Shown here piece after piece: positions 37,011-50,100 of a stretch of DNA of 64,000 nucleotides (position 1 is the stretch's first letter; each line of letters begins with the position of its first letter). The position numbers were made by a program, and so were the translations under genes. The notes under the pieces are model-generated. The model had not been told where the DNA came from and made no database searches. It saw only the letters and a program-made list of their open reading frames with translations. This DNA comes from Felis catus (lineage: Eukaryota). Location of the stretch: assembly GCF_018350175.1 (NCBI RefSeq), contig NC_058369.1, positions 3,722,001-3,786,000 of the forward strand, given 5' to 3'.

Positions 37011-40000
37011 GTCTGTAGGCTTCTGGTTCCTCTGAGACGGGCTCATCTTACCCTGTTGGATGCTTTGGTTCTGGGCCCAGAAGGCCCTGAAGAGCCAAAT
37101 GCATCTGTGGTCCTGAGCCCAGAAACTGGGGCGGGGACTGGGACTCACCACTCCCATGTCCACAGGGCTGGGGCATTGTTAATAGCTGTATCGAGGCATA
37201 ACTTACGTGCCGCACGTGACATACTAGACACAGAAGTCACCTGATGCGCTTGGACGTCAGATGAGGGGTGACCACCATGACTGTGTTTGTCTGGGCCCTC
37301 CTGTTCCACTAACCAGCTCAAAGACGGTGCCCCATCGGCCGGGAGGCTTGTGGGGAAGCCCGTTGTGTGACCGGGTCGTTCTGCTCGGCCTGCCCAGAGT
37401 GCGGGGCGGTATACTGGAACTGCCCGGCCAACGTGTGGCCAGAGAGGGCGCGGGCTGTGGGCCAAGACGGGCCTTTGTGTGTGAGGACGGCAGTAACGAT
37501 GGCCTTTCCACACGCCCGGCACGCGGGGCCCTAGCAGGGCTGCTGGCATTTGGAGCCGCCGCGGCCTCCGGGGCTTGTGTGGACGGCTCGCTCGTGCCAG
37601 GTGGCCTCCGACTTGACACGCGGTCTCAGCACTTCTAGTGGCCCCTGCCTTCTTGTTTCTGTTTCCATAATTATGGCATGTTAAACGGCCAGGGGCCTGT
37701 CTCCCCAGGCCTTGTGCACACACTGTGAAATTAACTTCCTCACCCTCCAACACGCGTCAGGCCGAGCTGACATTTCCAAAGGGCTCCTGGCTGGACCCCC
37801 GCTCTGGGCACACGTTCTTCAACAGCGAGGGAGGAGGGTGGGGAGACGAGCTTTCTCGTCACGGCACCTAATGGCCGGGAGCCTCGCGCAGTGGAAGCTG
37901 TCAGGCTGGGCGCTCGTCACCGGCACAGTCACCAGAGTCTTGGGGAAGAAAGAAAGCATCACGGCGTCGCATGTGCTGACTCCAGAGCCGGACGGCTGCG
38001 GGCAGCACGGGGGCCCCCAGCAGGTGCTGAGGGGCCTGGAGGGAAGGGCGGCCGGGGACTTGAGAGCCTCGGGCCCAGTGAGCCTTTTATCCTTGCAGGA
38101 GAGCATGCTGGGAGTTGCCTCGTTACCGTGGAAATGCTGCCCTCCTGGCAAGGGACCCCTGTCCACCTGTAACAGCCCCCGCGGCCCGGGGCAGCCGGCG
38201 TGTTCGAGGAGATGAGGGGTGGCTGGCGGGCGGGCGCAGGCGCTCGCCTCTCTGGCCGGAGGGGCCTGCACGGCCCAGAGCCCTGCTACTCGTCCTCATC
38301 GTAACTAATGGCTCCCGAACAGGTCCCCGCTCTCCAAGACAGTCTGTGTTCCTCTTCGTGACACGCTCGTTTAATTTTTAACTCACAAGGCATTTGCTTA
38401 TTTATTTTCATTGTTCTTGATGATAATTCTAAGCCATTAGAGGGGAAAATTATATTCAAAAATGCTGTTTCACACTTTATTTGTTTGATGATTTAGAGCG
38501 ATAGAAAATAGCACATTTGCTGGCTTTTATAGTCTGATAATTATTCACATCCATCAAGCCATTCCAGGGGAATAAACAAAACACCAAGAAAATGACACTA
38601 TTAATAGCATCCTCCGCGGCGGACAGGAAGACGTTCCCGGGCCGGTGAGTCAGTAAAATGGAAGCGGCCTGTCCCTGGGCCGGCCGGCGGGCCTGCCCGC
38701 GGAGGACACATCGCCTTTTAATTGCCCAGCTCTGTCTGGCCCCGAGAGCTGCCTGGCTGCCAGGCGGAGGCCTCTGCCCGCCCCAGCACCCCCGGCCTGC
38801 CCAGTGTCACAAGCCCTGGAGTGTCTTTATCAGGCCGACGGAGTCTGTCGTGACCTGTGCCGGCAGAAGCCTCCTGACGTCTGGGGCCGTGCGGTGTCCC
38901 GCCTTGGACCCGGCCTGGCCTCGGTGGGGCTGGCAAGACATCCTGTCCTCTGGCCTCACCGTCAGAACAAGAGCACTGAGCCGCGTGCTGCCCCTCTCCA
39001 GCACGCGTGTTCCTGACCCCCCTGTAGACGGGTCAGATCCTCCCCAACACCAGGCTGTGGGTCCTGGATGTGACTGCTCACCGCCCTGGACCCAGCCCCG
39101 TGGGCAGGTTTGTGGGTTTCAGCTTGGCCTTTTGGGGCGGCCGTGATTGACGGGGGTGCGTTGTCCACAAGCACCTCAAAGGGTAAACGGAGGACCAGGA
39201 AACCCCGGGAAGGCTGGGGGACGCCCGCCTTCCCAGAGTGACCCATCCCGCCCCTCCTCGGACCCGGGCATCGCTTCCTTCTGAAACTCGCTCTCTGGAC
39301 GTCGGGCTGGCCCCTCACCATCGTGCCTGAAGTGTGTTCCTTCTGTTTGGTCGGTTGTTTGAACCGTGAAACGGCGGGACTGTAATGGCCTTTCAACCGT
39401 TGCACATCACGCGTCTTCCCTCCTCACCTGGGGGCCTGGTTCCCGGGGCCCTGGTCTCTCCCGCGTGCCTTTTTCCTAGTCTAGAAATGTCTTCTTTTCC
39501 CACCGAAGCCCCTGATGTTTGCAGACGGCTGCCTCTCCGAAAAGGGCGTCTGGCAAACGAGGCCTGAATTCGGCCTTCTCGGTAATTCTGCGGCATTAAG
39601 CCTGGAGTTATGGAGCCTGTCGAGTCCTGCTGCAGGGTCACCTGGGGTGGTTGCCAGGGATACCGCTCCGACAGCACCGACTTTTCCGTGACTTTCCGGT
39701 TTAGTGTTGTCTGGGAGGACTTTGTGGGGAAGGTTCCAGAGCAGAGACAGTGTGTGGAGGGGGTAGGGCTGGGGAAACACGGAGATAAAAACACCCCGTG
39801 GGACACTGTGGAGAAAGTTCCAGATGCCTGCCTGGCCGACCTGAGGTGCAGGACTCACCGTGGGCCCGAGGCTCGGCCAACGCCCCCCTCAGACAGGCCC
39901 ACGGCCGCTGCCAGACCGTCCCAGGCAAACGGGGGCTGCAGCCAGAGGCGCCCGAGCGACCCCACGCGGGCCGCCGTACCTCCTGCGGCCTTCCCCGGGG

Positions 40001-41774
40001 CTCCCCTGGCCCCCGCACTCCCCGTGTCTGGTTCTGCTCGCCGGGCCCCAGTCGGCTCGCCCCCTCCCACCTCACTGGGTTCTGGGGATTGCTCTGCCCC
40101 CATGTTTGATCCCGGCTTCTCCAGATTCTTCCACCATGACAGGTGTGCCCCTGGGCCTCGCACCCTCCGGGCCCTACAGCTGGCCACCCGGACTGGACTG
40201 GGCCCGGGGAGGCTGTCTGTCTGAGGACACCGTGCAGGAACGCTTTGCCACCGGGCGACGGGCCGCCGCGTCCAGAGACTGGCCACTGGGCTTGCAGGCC
40301 GGCAGAGTGGATTGCTGCTGGCCGTGAAGTTTGACCTTGTGATGGGGACGGAGGTCCTGGGGAGCGAGACAAACTGCCCCCATGTTGGTGACCAATAAAA
40401 CCGACTCTGTTTTATGGCCCCGAGAACTCGCTCGCTAATGGCCAGACAGATGCTCCTGCCTCGGGGGTTAGCGAACAAACACGCTCAACCCAGATAGCTG
40501 TGTTTCTTCCCTCCTCCTTTCCCTCCCAGAGCCGGGCCGAGGGGCAGCGAGGCCCCCGCACGTGGCCGTGACGAGGGTGACACGGCTCTGCTCTGGGGGC
40601 CCCGTGGGGCCTGGGGGCTTCCCTCTGGGGACACGTGACCGTTGCTGTTGGGAGGCCAGGTCTGTAGCCAGCTCACCTGGGCCCCCACCGTGGAGGGCTC
40701 CCCAGGGCGCTGGCATGGAGAGAGGGCTCCGGGGGACCCTGCCGCCCACAGTGCCGGGATCCTCCCGGCCGTCGGAAGGCCCCAGTGTGTTTTAACAGAC
40801 GCGCACCCGCCCCTCGCTCAGAGCCGTGTGTCGTAAAGCACCCACACCCCAGTTCTGCTCGTCTCCCCTCAAAATCTGAGGCTTGCGTCTTGCCGAGCCC
40901 CTGAGGGTGTGCGGGGGGCGCGCGTCGCTGGCGCCGGGCCTTCTCAGCATGCTGAGGCTGTCGTGCGTTGTTCCAGGCGGCGGGAGGGCAGCTCTCCCTT
41001 GGCCACTGGAGTCCAGAAGTCCCCGAGGCTGTCGGCTTCCCGTCCGCCAGTCCTTTCTAATCCCTCCAGGGGCTGCGCTTCTCAGTGCTCAGCCCAGCGT
41101 CTTGCGGTCTGTACTTTCCGATAACAGAGGAGCCACGTTCCCATGTATTAAACTTTTAACATCCACCAGATTCAATTAATCTTATCTTTACAACTCCCAA
41201 TTACAGGCGGTAATTAAGTGAAAGCGGCATTGTAGACTGGGGATATTGCATTAATCATCACAGCCTTGGAGTCATAAATTAGTTCCTCCCGTCCTCCGGC
41301 AAGTTCCCAGAAGGACCGGAATGTTTCATTTCCTGGTTTGGGGGGGACGTTAATCCCACAAAGGTGCTTTGGATTGGGATTAACTTTTATCATCTTTGTG
41401 TACGTGATACGAGGCTGTTTCCAAAAGAGTCACCTCATCTGTGTCCAGACCGTGGAAAGTTCTCCAGCAGCAGCAGCAGCAGAATTGCAGGTCCTGTGCT
41501 GTCTCCGCAAGGGCCGTGCGCCGTGCCCAGAAATTGATTATTTTTGCCCATCGGATCAGAGACGGCGTTATCTCCTACCCCCGCCCCTTTTTATTTTGTT
41601 AAAAAGCAATAATAAATGTCTCGGTCGGAGTGGACTTAGCCCGCCACGGAGTCCGGGCCGGCTTCTGTGTCCTGTGTTGTTCCCATCCTGCGTCCCCCAC
41701 TGTGCAGGTGGAGGGCGTGCCGCGCCCTGCGCCCCCCACATCCGACTCGTTCTAGAACGTGAGGCGTGCGGACG

Positions 41775-41966
41775 CAGCGTCTCTCCCCTCGGTACTGTGG
41801 ACACGGGGCGGGTTGTTGTCCCCAGGGCGTCCCGGGCACTGGGCGCGCTGAGTGGGATCCCTGGCCCCCCCCACGCTCAATGCTAGGAGCCCCCCCCCCC
41901 CAGTGTGACAACCACGGATGTCCCCAGACGTGGCCCCGTGACCCCTGGGGGCGGGGTCGCCACTGT
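41775..41966. mobile_element. MER20-like hAT relic
   Basis: gatccctggcccc ... cagtgtgacaaccacggatgtccccagacgtggcc ... ccctggggg. Confidence 0.65.
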
Positions 41967-42797
41967 CCTGTCCTGGGGACTCATGTGCTCCCCGCCTCCT
42001 CCTCCGCGGGACGGACAGACGGCCTGTGCTCAGCACTTTTGTGCCGCGAAGGACCGACGTCCCGGTTCTGCCTGCCTCTGTTGAACACGGAGCTTTTCGT
42101 CTTGCCGGGGTGGCCAGGGTGCTGTGTCAGCTGGGGCGGGCTTCTCGCACCCCCGCCGGGGGCGCCCCCCCCCCCCCCCCCGTGGCCGCTGCCTGCCGGG
42201 AACGGGTCCCAGGCGGGCCCCCCGCGCCAGCCTCCGCACACAGCATTAGCGGGTGTCACTCTCGTTTCATCTGTTGGCAAACTTGCACCTCACGTCTTTC
42301 TTGTTTATGACGGGGACTCGGCAATCTTTCAAACGTAGAACGTGTGAAGCTAAAACTTACAAGTGGTGACAAACGGAGTCTCATTCCTGAAGCTCCTTCC
42401 CCGTCGGCTCCTGGTCCCGGGGCTGGGGGAGCGGGAGGCAGGGAGGCGACAGAGGGAGGCTGGGGACCTTCCTGTTCCCCCCTCAGGCCCCCTGCTTGCT
42501 TTCTCGTGTTCCGCTCTCTGAGCCTCGTGGAGGCTTTGGTGGCTCTGACCAGTGCCGGCGTGGGGCGGGTGCCGTCACCGCCGTGGAGGGGCCCTCCCGC
42601 CCCACCCCTCCTCGCTTCCGTGTGGGTCCCTCCCCCGGCACCCTCCCTGCTGCTCTTCACCCTTCTCACCGCACCCGGTTCTGCTCTGTGCACGGCCCGC
42701 ATGTCTCCCCGAGGCCGTGGCCGCAGCCCCAGGTCCCTCAAACGCCCGTCACGGTGGCCCGTGACCTCGCCTCTGACGTGCCTCCCTTCTCTCGTAG

Positions 42798-42847
42798 GTA
42801 CGCCATCCCACCGGAGCACGGCAAACGCCTGGAGCGGCTGGCCATCG
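42798..42847 (+). CDS. KDM4B: KDM4B exon 7, residues 209-226
   Basis: Branch-like ctgac, pyrimidine tract, cgtag|G TAC; YAIPPEHGKRLERLAI(G); donor G|gtaggt; 50 nt. Confidence 0.97.
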
Positions 42848-44274
42848 GTAGGTGTCTGCGCCCGCGGGCGGGGACCTGGGCCGAGGGCGGGGGTGGGGCG
42901 GGGGTGGGGGCTGGCCCCAGCGTCTCGGGTCGCGCTCCTTGTGTGAGTGTCCATCTCTGGGGGGCTGGCGTGCTATAAGGTGTCCCTGTCTGGTTTTCCA
43001 TTCCCTTTCCCTCTCGTGACCACAGACCCCGCGCTGGGGTTTGTCGCTCTGTGAGTGACGCGCAGATGCCATTGCTCGGAGCGCTCTTTCCCGGCGTGTT
43101 AGCACGGAGCTGCGGGACGTGACTGCAGGCTCCCGCGGGCCAGGGAGGGCGGCCGTGGTCTTTCGTCCCCCCCCCCCCCGGCGCCTGGTACTACATCGCG
43201 CCCTCCTCTGGGCCTTCGGGTCTGTGTTCAGTCTGGAAAGTGAGACGTCCAGTTAGGAGCCCCTGCCCTGTGCCCCGCAGCCGCATGGTGACCGTGAGGG
43301 TGTCCGCCTGCGTGTGCTGGCCTGGGCCCGAGGGGGCCTCCTGGGAGGACGGGATTTGTCACGGTGAGTCCCCAGCTGTGTCCAGAGGGAGGGCACTGGC
43401 GCCTCGGGGTAAAGGCAGGCCCTCGGGACACGGGATCCTTGGAGACAAGCCAGACACCGGGCTGGGTGACGCTGAGGCCCCCGGCCACTGCGACAAAGGG
43501 GCTGGTGAGGTTTCTCGCTGCTCCCCGTCACGGCGCCCTGCTCTGTTCTCACGTCGGGTGGCCCTGAGTGCCTCCGAGGACGTTAGCAGACCCCGTTGGC
43601 CCAAAGCGTCTGGGCCTCGCCGGCAGGCAGCACCCAGTAGTCGGGGCGGGTGGGGTGATGGCCCTGTGGTTCAGGAGCCCCCTCGGGACGGTGCGGGGCC
43701 GTCCCTCTGGGTGGCTGTGGCAGCAGCCTGCCCGCCCTCCCCTGGCAGCCAGGGGAATCTTCCAGAAGCCATCGCTCAGCATTGGCACAGCCTCCCCAAC
43801 TTCCTGCTGGGTCCTTTGACCCCTCCTCTTGCCTCCCTCAGAGAGTGCCCGCCACCCTCTTCCCCTGCCCCGTTTGGCTTGGGAGACGGAAACGGTCGCT
43901 GTTTCCGAGAACTTCTGAGAGCTGGCCGCGCCCGGAGCCGCACGTCTGTTCAGCAAACGCCTGCTGCACGCTTTCCCCCGAGGACGAGGACACAGGCAGG
44001 CTTGTCCCGGGAGTGAGGCCGGCCCCGCGGCCGAGCGTGCAGCCAGGCTCACGTTTCCGTTGGAGACCCGGACCCGGCCTTCCCGGGCTGGAGCCTGCTG
44101 TCGGGAACACGCTTGTCACCCTAGAAATGCCAGTTACCGCCCCGGCAAAGAGCGATTTCTCTTCCTTCGTAACATCTCAGGTGACACCCAAATGGAAAGG
44201 CTTTCCCCGCGCACTGTTTTAAACATAAGTTGGAAACACAAATACTAATTGGAAAATACAAGTCGAGAAATGTC

Positions 44275-44725
44275 TTTCTCATTTTCCTCTGCCGTTGCTG
44301 TTGTGACAAATCACTCCCGAGTCAGTGGCTCCAAGCAGCACGATTCTCTCAGCTTTGCTGTGAACCTGGAATCGCTCTAAAACAGCCCTAGTTAAACGCA
44401 CACAGTTACTCCCTCACGTTTGGGGCTCAGGGGTCTGTCTGACCCGGGTCTCGGGCTTGGGCTGCCCGGGCTCCTGCCTCCAGAGACGCCGGCGTCAGCC
44501 CGTGTCCCTGTCTGTGGTCACGTGCTCTCCCCTCTGCGGTCAGGGCCTCCCTCTGCCTCCCTCCCGTGGAGACCCTGTGGTGACCCGGGGGTCGCCCCCA
44601 TCCTGGGCGCCTGCACATGATCCCTTCTGTGGAGCCCCTGCCACGCGGAAGGCGACATAGTCACAGGTGCTGGGGAGCAGGACGTAGACATCTCGGGGGG
44701 CCACCGTGGGGCCTCCCACACCTAC
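44275..44725 (-). mobile_element. MLT1-like MaLR LTR relic
   Basis: ttgctgttgtgacaaatcactccc ... aaggcgacatagtcacaggtgctgggga ... gacgtagacatct. Confidence 0.6.
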
Positions 44726-46059
44726 ACAGCCATGGAAGAAGCCGCCACGGAGCGATCCGCACGGGCGGCCTCCGGTGACCACAGCCCGGCCCGGTTTTCT
44801 GCTGGATTCTGCAGTCATGCCCGGCCCCTTCTTCCTCTCTGTGCCTTTTCCACTAGACAAGTTTTGGGTGATCTGAACGCCCCCCAGAAAAGCTAGACAC
44901 GGGATCCCGTGGGACCATGGCCACTCTCCCTGGAGCCCGGCCGGCTCCCCACGTCCTTCTCGCGCCGGGGCCCTGCTGCCCGGGAACCTGTCTCGGGGCG
45001 TGCGGGAGGCACAGTGGCTGGGACAGGTCGGCCAGGAGCCGGAGGCCTCTGGGAGCCTCCCCACGTTGCTTTGTGACCGGTGTGGACTGGTCTGGCCTGG
45101 GGGAGGGCTGGCTTCGCGCTTCCCCTGCGCCCCTCCGCAGAGGGAGGGCGGGAGAGGTTCTAGGGCAAGTGAGTCACTGCCCTCCTCGGTGTCCCTTCCA
45201 AAGTTTTTTGGGGGCGCGCGTCACAGGCTCCATTATTGAGATGGATGGAATGAGTTTGCGATGAATATGGAAAATGAATAGCCGAGCTCCAAATGGGCTC
45301 GCTGGGAGAGTCGTGGAGCCCACGGAGAGAGCATTAATGTGTTGGCGCGTTATTGGTGCTAATCACTTAAAATGTGCGCCTTTATTAGAGCTTTAATGAG
45401 AGCCACTTAAACTGTGCATTAAAAAGAACTGCAGAGAGGCCGCGGGCCGGGCGGCAGGGGCCATAACTCTAATTGAAACGCTTTTAGCACAGAGGAAAGT
45501 TGCTGGATTCAGTAATCCCTCGCACTTTCCAGAACCTGGCAGTCGTGTCCTGGCTGGCGGGCGCCCCACCCCCCACCCCCGACACTGTGACTCTGTCACT
45601 TGGAAGCCCTCCTGCCCCAGCAGGTGTGTGTGGGTGGTGGGGGTGGGGCCGAGCGCTGGCTCACAGCACGCACGCACGTGGGAGTGTGCCCTCTTCGGCG
45701 ACCCATGGGGACGTGCGCTGGCCTGGAGGCCGGGGGCCCGAGGTCTGGGTCGGCTCCCGGCAGGATCCCTGGGCGGGCCGGCTGTGCCTGGGGGACAGTC
45801 CTGGAGGGAGCGGACCTTGAGAACCCGTCCTGCACCTCACCGAGACTGTGCCGTCTATCGGTCGTGGTTTGGGTGAGAGGCCCAGGACCTTTGCATGGGA
45901 TCCCGGGGCCGGCTTTTCTTTAACTGCTAGACCTACGTGTCACTGATTTGGGTCCACTGGTGACTTGGAAAGGTCTCCGAACTGTGTTAAACACGGTTTC
46001 TGAGCAAGTGGAACTGACAGTCTGACTTCTGTACGTTTACAAACGTCGGTTTATGTGTT

Positions 46060-46252
46060 CTTAAGTTTATTTATTTTGAGAAGGGGTTGGAGGGGCCGAG
46101 AGAGAAGGAGAGAGAGAGAGAGTCCCCAGCAGGCTTTGCGCTGTCGGCACGGAGCCTGACGCGGGGCTCAAACTAATAAACCGGGAGATCGTGGCCTGAG
46201 CGGAAACCAAGAGTCGTCGGGTGGTTGACCGACGGAGCCGCCCAGGCGCCCC
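46060..46252 (-). mobile_element. Can-SINE
   Basis: tttatttattttgaga ... gagccgcccaggcgcccc. Confidence 0.88.
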
Positions 46253-46913
46253 CGCACACGTTGTTTTAAACCGGTCGTGTGGCATTCGGGGAGACAGAAA
46301 GCGTCCCCGGGCGGGAACTCAGACCCCCTTGTGTGTCACAGACGGTCAGGGGTGGATGCAGCCGCAGGCCGGGTCGGGTTGTTCGGCCCTTTGCCCGCCA
46401 GACTGAGGGCCTCAGAGGGCCAGTCGGCAGCTGGAGCCTCTGTCTCCTCGCCTGCCGTGGGGACCGTGTGTGCGAAGAGCCCAGGCAGAGCCCGTGCCCG
46501 CGCTGAGGCCTTCCTGCCTCTTTGTCCGTGACTTGCTTTGTGGGGGGCACGGCCCGTGACTTCCGGTGTGAGCGCGTCCTTCCCGCGTCCCATCTCCCCG
46601 GCTACACCAACGCACTGGCTGAGCGACTGCGCCCGTGCGATGCGGCACGGGTTTTATTTGGGGGGGTGCTCAGGGGGGAGGCCCGCACCCCATCTGTGAC
46701 TTGGGGGGGCGCACTGTGTTGCACAGCTGGGCTCCGGGCTCGCTGACTGGGGGTCTGAGGGGCTGCCTTCCCGGCCACCAGCAGAGCACATGGCTTTGCG
46801 ACGAGGTCCTGTGCGTTTCATTCCCTCGGAGCCGGGGGGCACCACACCCCGTGCCTGATTGGGGGAAGGCGCCGCCCACAGAGAGGCCTTCCCAGCGCCA
46901 CCCGTCAGGCTGA

Positions 46914-47120
<207 letters not shown>

Positions 47121-50100
47121 TAGAGCACTGGCAAGCCAGAGGAGAGTGGGTTGGCTGGGCTGGGCTGTGGTGGGGGGTGAGGATAGAAGAGGGGGGAGTC
47201 GAGTGGGGCCTCGCCTTGCCTCCCAGCCCCTCGCAGACCCAGTCCCTTGTCTGGTGGGGCTGGCAGCTGCCAGCAGGGCCCTGCAGGGTCAGGGTGGCAG
47301 GGGAGGGGCGGCTCCTGCCAGCTTCCCAGGAAGCCCCCGGAGAACCGGGCAGGCCTCTCCGCGCCCCCAGACGCCCCGACTTGGCCCCGATCTCTGGCCC
47401 CACCCCGTGGCCCACTGCAGACATCCTTTGAGAGAAGGAATACCTGTTTGGAAATGATCTATCTGGCTCTCCCGCAGCACGAAGACTGTGAACTCAGTCA
47501 ATTTACTGCTCCAGGGGCCGCTCCGCTCGTCCGGGAAAGCCTGTGATGCATGAGGCCTGAGGCTGGGGAATCTGGGTGGCTGGCGGGGACCCTGCGGGGG
47601 AGGGGTGGGGGAAGGGGGAGGCTGGGCCTTTGTCCGGGGCTCTGCCCGGGGGTGGGGCGCTTCCCCACAGACAGGCCTCGTGGACAGGATCCGACGGGAT
47701 CGGCCAGGATCGGCCAGGCCCGGCTCCCCCAGGGGGACGTGCCTGCAACCTTCCGGGCAGCCTCTGGGCTGGGCACCGAGGGCCAGCCGGAGAGGAAGAG
47801 GCTCCCGAGGGTCTGATTCCTGAAGGCCTCCCTACGAGAGCGTTTGTCAGGCGCGGGGGCAAGTTGTGCGATCGGGACCCTCGCGCTGCCTTCTTGCCGC
47901 GAGTGTCAGCGAGTCGGAAATCGCTTCTGACATTTCAATCAAACCGCCTGTAGCCGTGGTGCTCAGGTCGGGAATTCGCTCTCACTGTCGGGCCCGTCCA
48001 TCAGACAGCGGGACGTTCTGCTGTGAGAGACGCAGGGCTTCCGTGCCTTCCGCTCCTCCCCTCCTGGTTCCAGCGCCCCGGCTGCCGGGAGAACGGACAC
48101 AGCCTTGCTGGCGGAAGCGAGAAGGGTGTGCTTTCCCGCGGTCTGTGCAGAACGTCCTCCCGGGCGCCGCTTCCTAGAGGGAGTTGCCGGTCGGAGGGCT
48201 GGGCTGGCGGGGGCACCCTCCCGTCTCCCGCGTCGCTGCCCACGTGGGCACTGCACTTTGTGAACGGAAGGCGGGGCCGCTGGCCTCAGAGGCCCCAGCT
48301 CCCCTCACCCCTGCCCGGCCGTCTGCGGGGCCTGCGGGGCGGAGGCCGCGGCCGGGCCAGCAGGGAGCGGCGTCGGGCTCCGGATGAAGGCCCCGTCCCG
48401 GTCCTCATCTGAATTCCTGGCAGCCCTGGGGGGGAGGGCCTCCCGCCCTCCGCTTATAAATCTTCGTAATGGTATTTACTTCTGGAAGAAAAAGATCAAT
48501 AGCAGAGCTTTTTAATAATTAAAAGTGTGTATTTCTGTGATCTGCCACGGACTTCCTCATTTATTCTGCGAGAGCTCGAGGAAGCAGCTGAATTGAGGCT
48601 TTCTCCATGACTGGCGTCTGGGGCTGGCATTCCCTTCACGGCTTGCATCCATCATCCCCAGTGCCTTCTAATTTATCGTCGGGATAACGTTGACGGCTGC
48701 GACATGGAGGACAGACACTGCGGGCTCGAGATGAAGCCGCCAGGATGTAGAGTTGGGCGACAGGAACATAATTTCCTTGCCATCCTCACGGAGCGCATCT
48801 GTTCTGGGCCGTGGTCCGTGGAGGGGTCGGCAGGGAGAGCGGGCTCTAAAGTCTGCCCGAGGCACCTGCCCGCACCGGGCTCCCAGAGCCCCGCCTCCCA
48901 GGGACCCTGCAGTGAGCCCCCCCCCATGGGGCTCCCAGCCTGTGCCAGGCCCCATGCCTCCTGCCGGAGGGAGGGAGGAGAGCAGGCGGGGACGCTTGGA
49001 GGAAGAGGGGGATGGTGCCGTCCAAGGTCAGCTCAAAAACGATAAGAAAATCAGTAATCACATTGTAAAAGAAAAAAAAAAATTCTACATTATGATTTTA
49101 TTTGCAACCCGTTTCACGCGATCCTGTGACAGGAGCCAGCCCAGAGAATCCTTGCTGTGGACGGGGGTTGCTGGGGCCCTGGGGACCCTGGGTGTTCTCT
49201 CTCCGCCCCCGTCTCCCGCCGTCTGTGCGCTCCATCCCCCACACGCCTGTCACTTGGACAGGAATTTAAAAATATAACTTAATGCACACTGACTTCCCTT
49301 GATTGGTGCAATTCATTACTTGAAAAGAAAAATATCTTCGTGTTCTTAAGGACTGGCTTTTCTCCAGGCTGTGTCGGCTTTGATTGATTTTTGACGCTGT
49401 GGTTGGCTTCTGGAAGTCTCCCGCCCCCCATCTCCTGCCTGCCCCCACCCCCTCAGGGTTCGACTTCTTATGGGCTACTTAAATGAATCCAGCAAGTTTT
49501 ACTATTCATCTCTCTGGAGGAATAAATAAAGATTAGCAAGCTTGAGCACTCCTCCAAAGCCACAGTAGAAAGATGAACAGCCGGGTAAGTGGGGGCAGAA
49601 GGAGACACTTTGCAGAAGGGGACAGACGCACCCGTCCACCTCGGGGAGAGGCGATCGAAGCCGGGAGATACTGAGGCCCACCCGCAGGCGCGGCGAAAAT
49701 CCACACTCCCACCACCGGCAGCAGGGACGCAGAACGGGCGGCCGCTGCAGAAAACCCGCCGGGCAGCTGCCTGGGAACCTCCACCTCCTGCCCCCCGGAG
49801 ACCCCGCAGGAACACAAGCACACGTCTGTCCGTCTGTCCGTGTGCGCAGCCTGGAGCACAGCGCCCGCTGCAGCCGTACTCGCCAGAGCCCCGCACCAGA
49901 AACAGCCCAGGAAGGGGAGCCGATGAGCAGACAGTGACGCGGCCACACGACGGAATACCCTTGGGGACCGGGAGGGGTCCGAGGGCCTCGAAGACGCACC
50001 GAGGACAGAATCAGACACAGGAGCGCAGTCCGAGCGAGGCCGTTGAATGAAACCCTAGAAAGAGACGTACCCCCCGGTAACAGAGGCACATCTCCCAGGT

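Noticed and set aside
42748..42765. 7-bp hairpin GTCACGG-tggc-CCGTGAC near the exon 7 branch point
   Set aside because: Stems this short are common at this GC content; no covariation evidence available.
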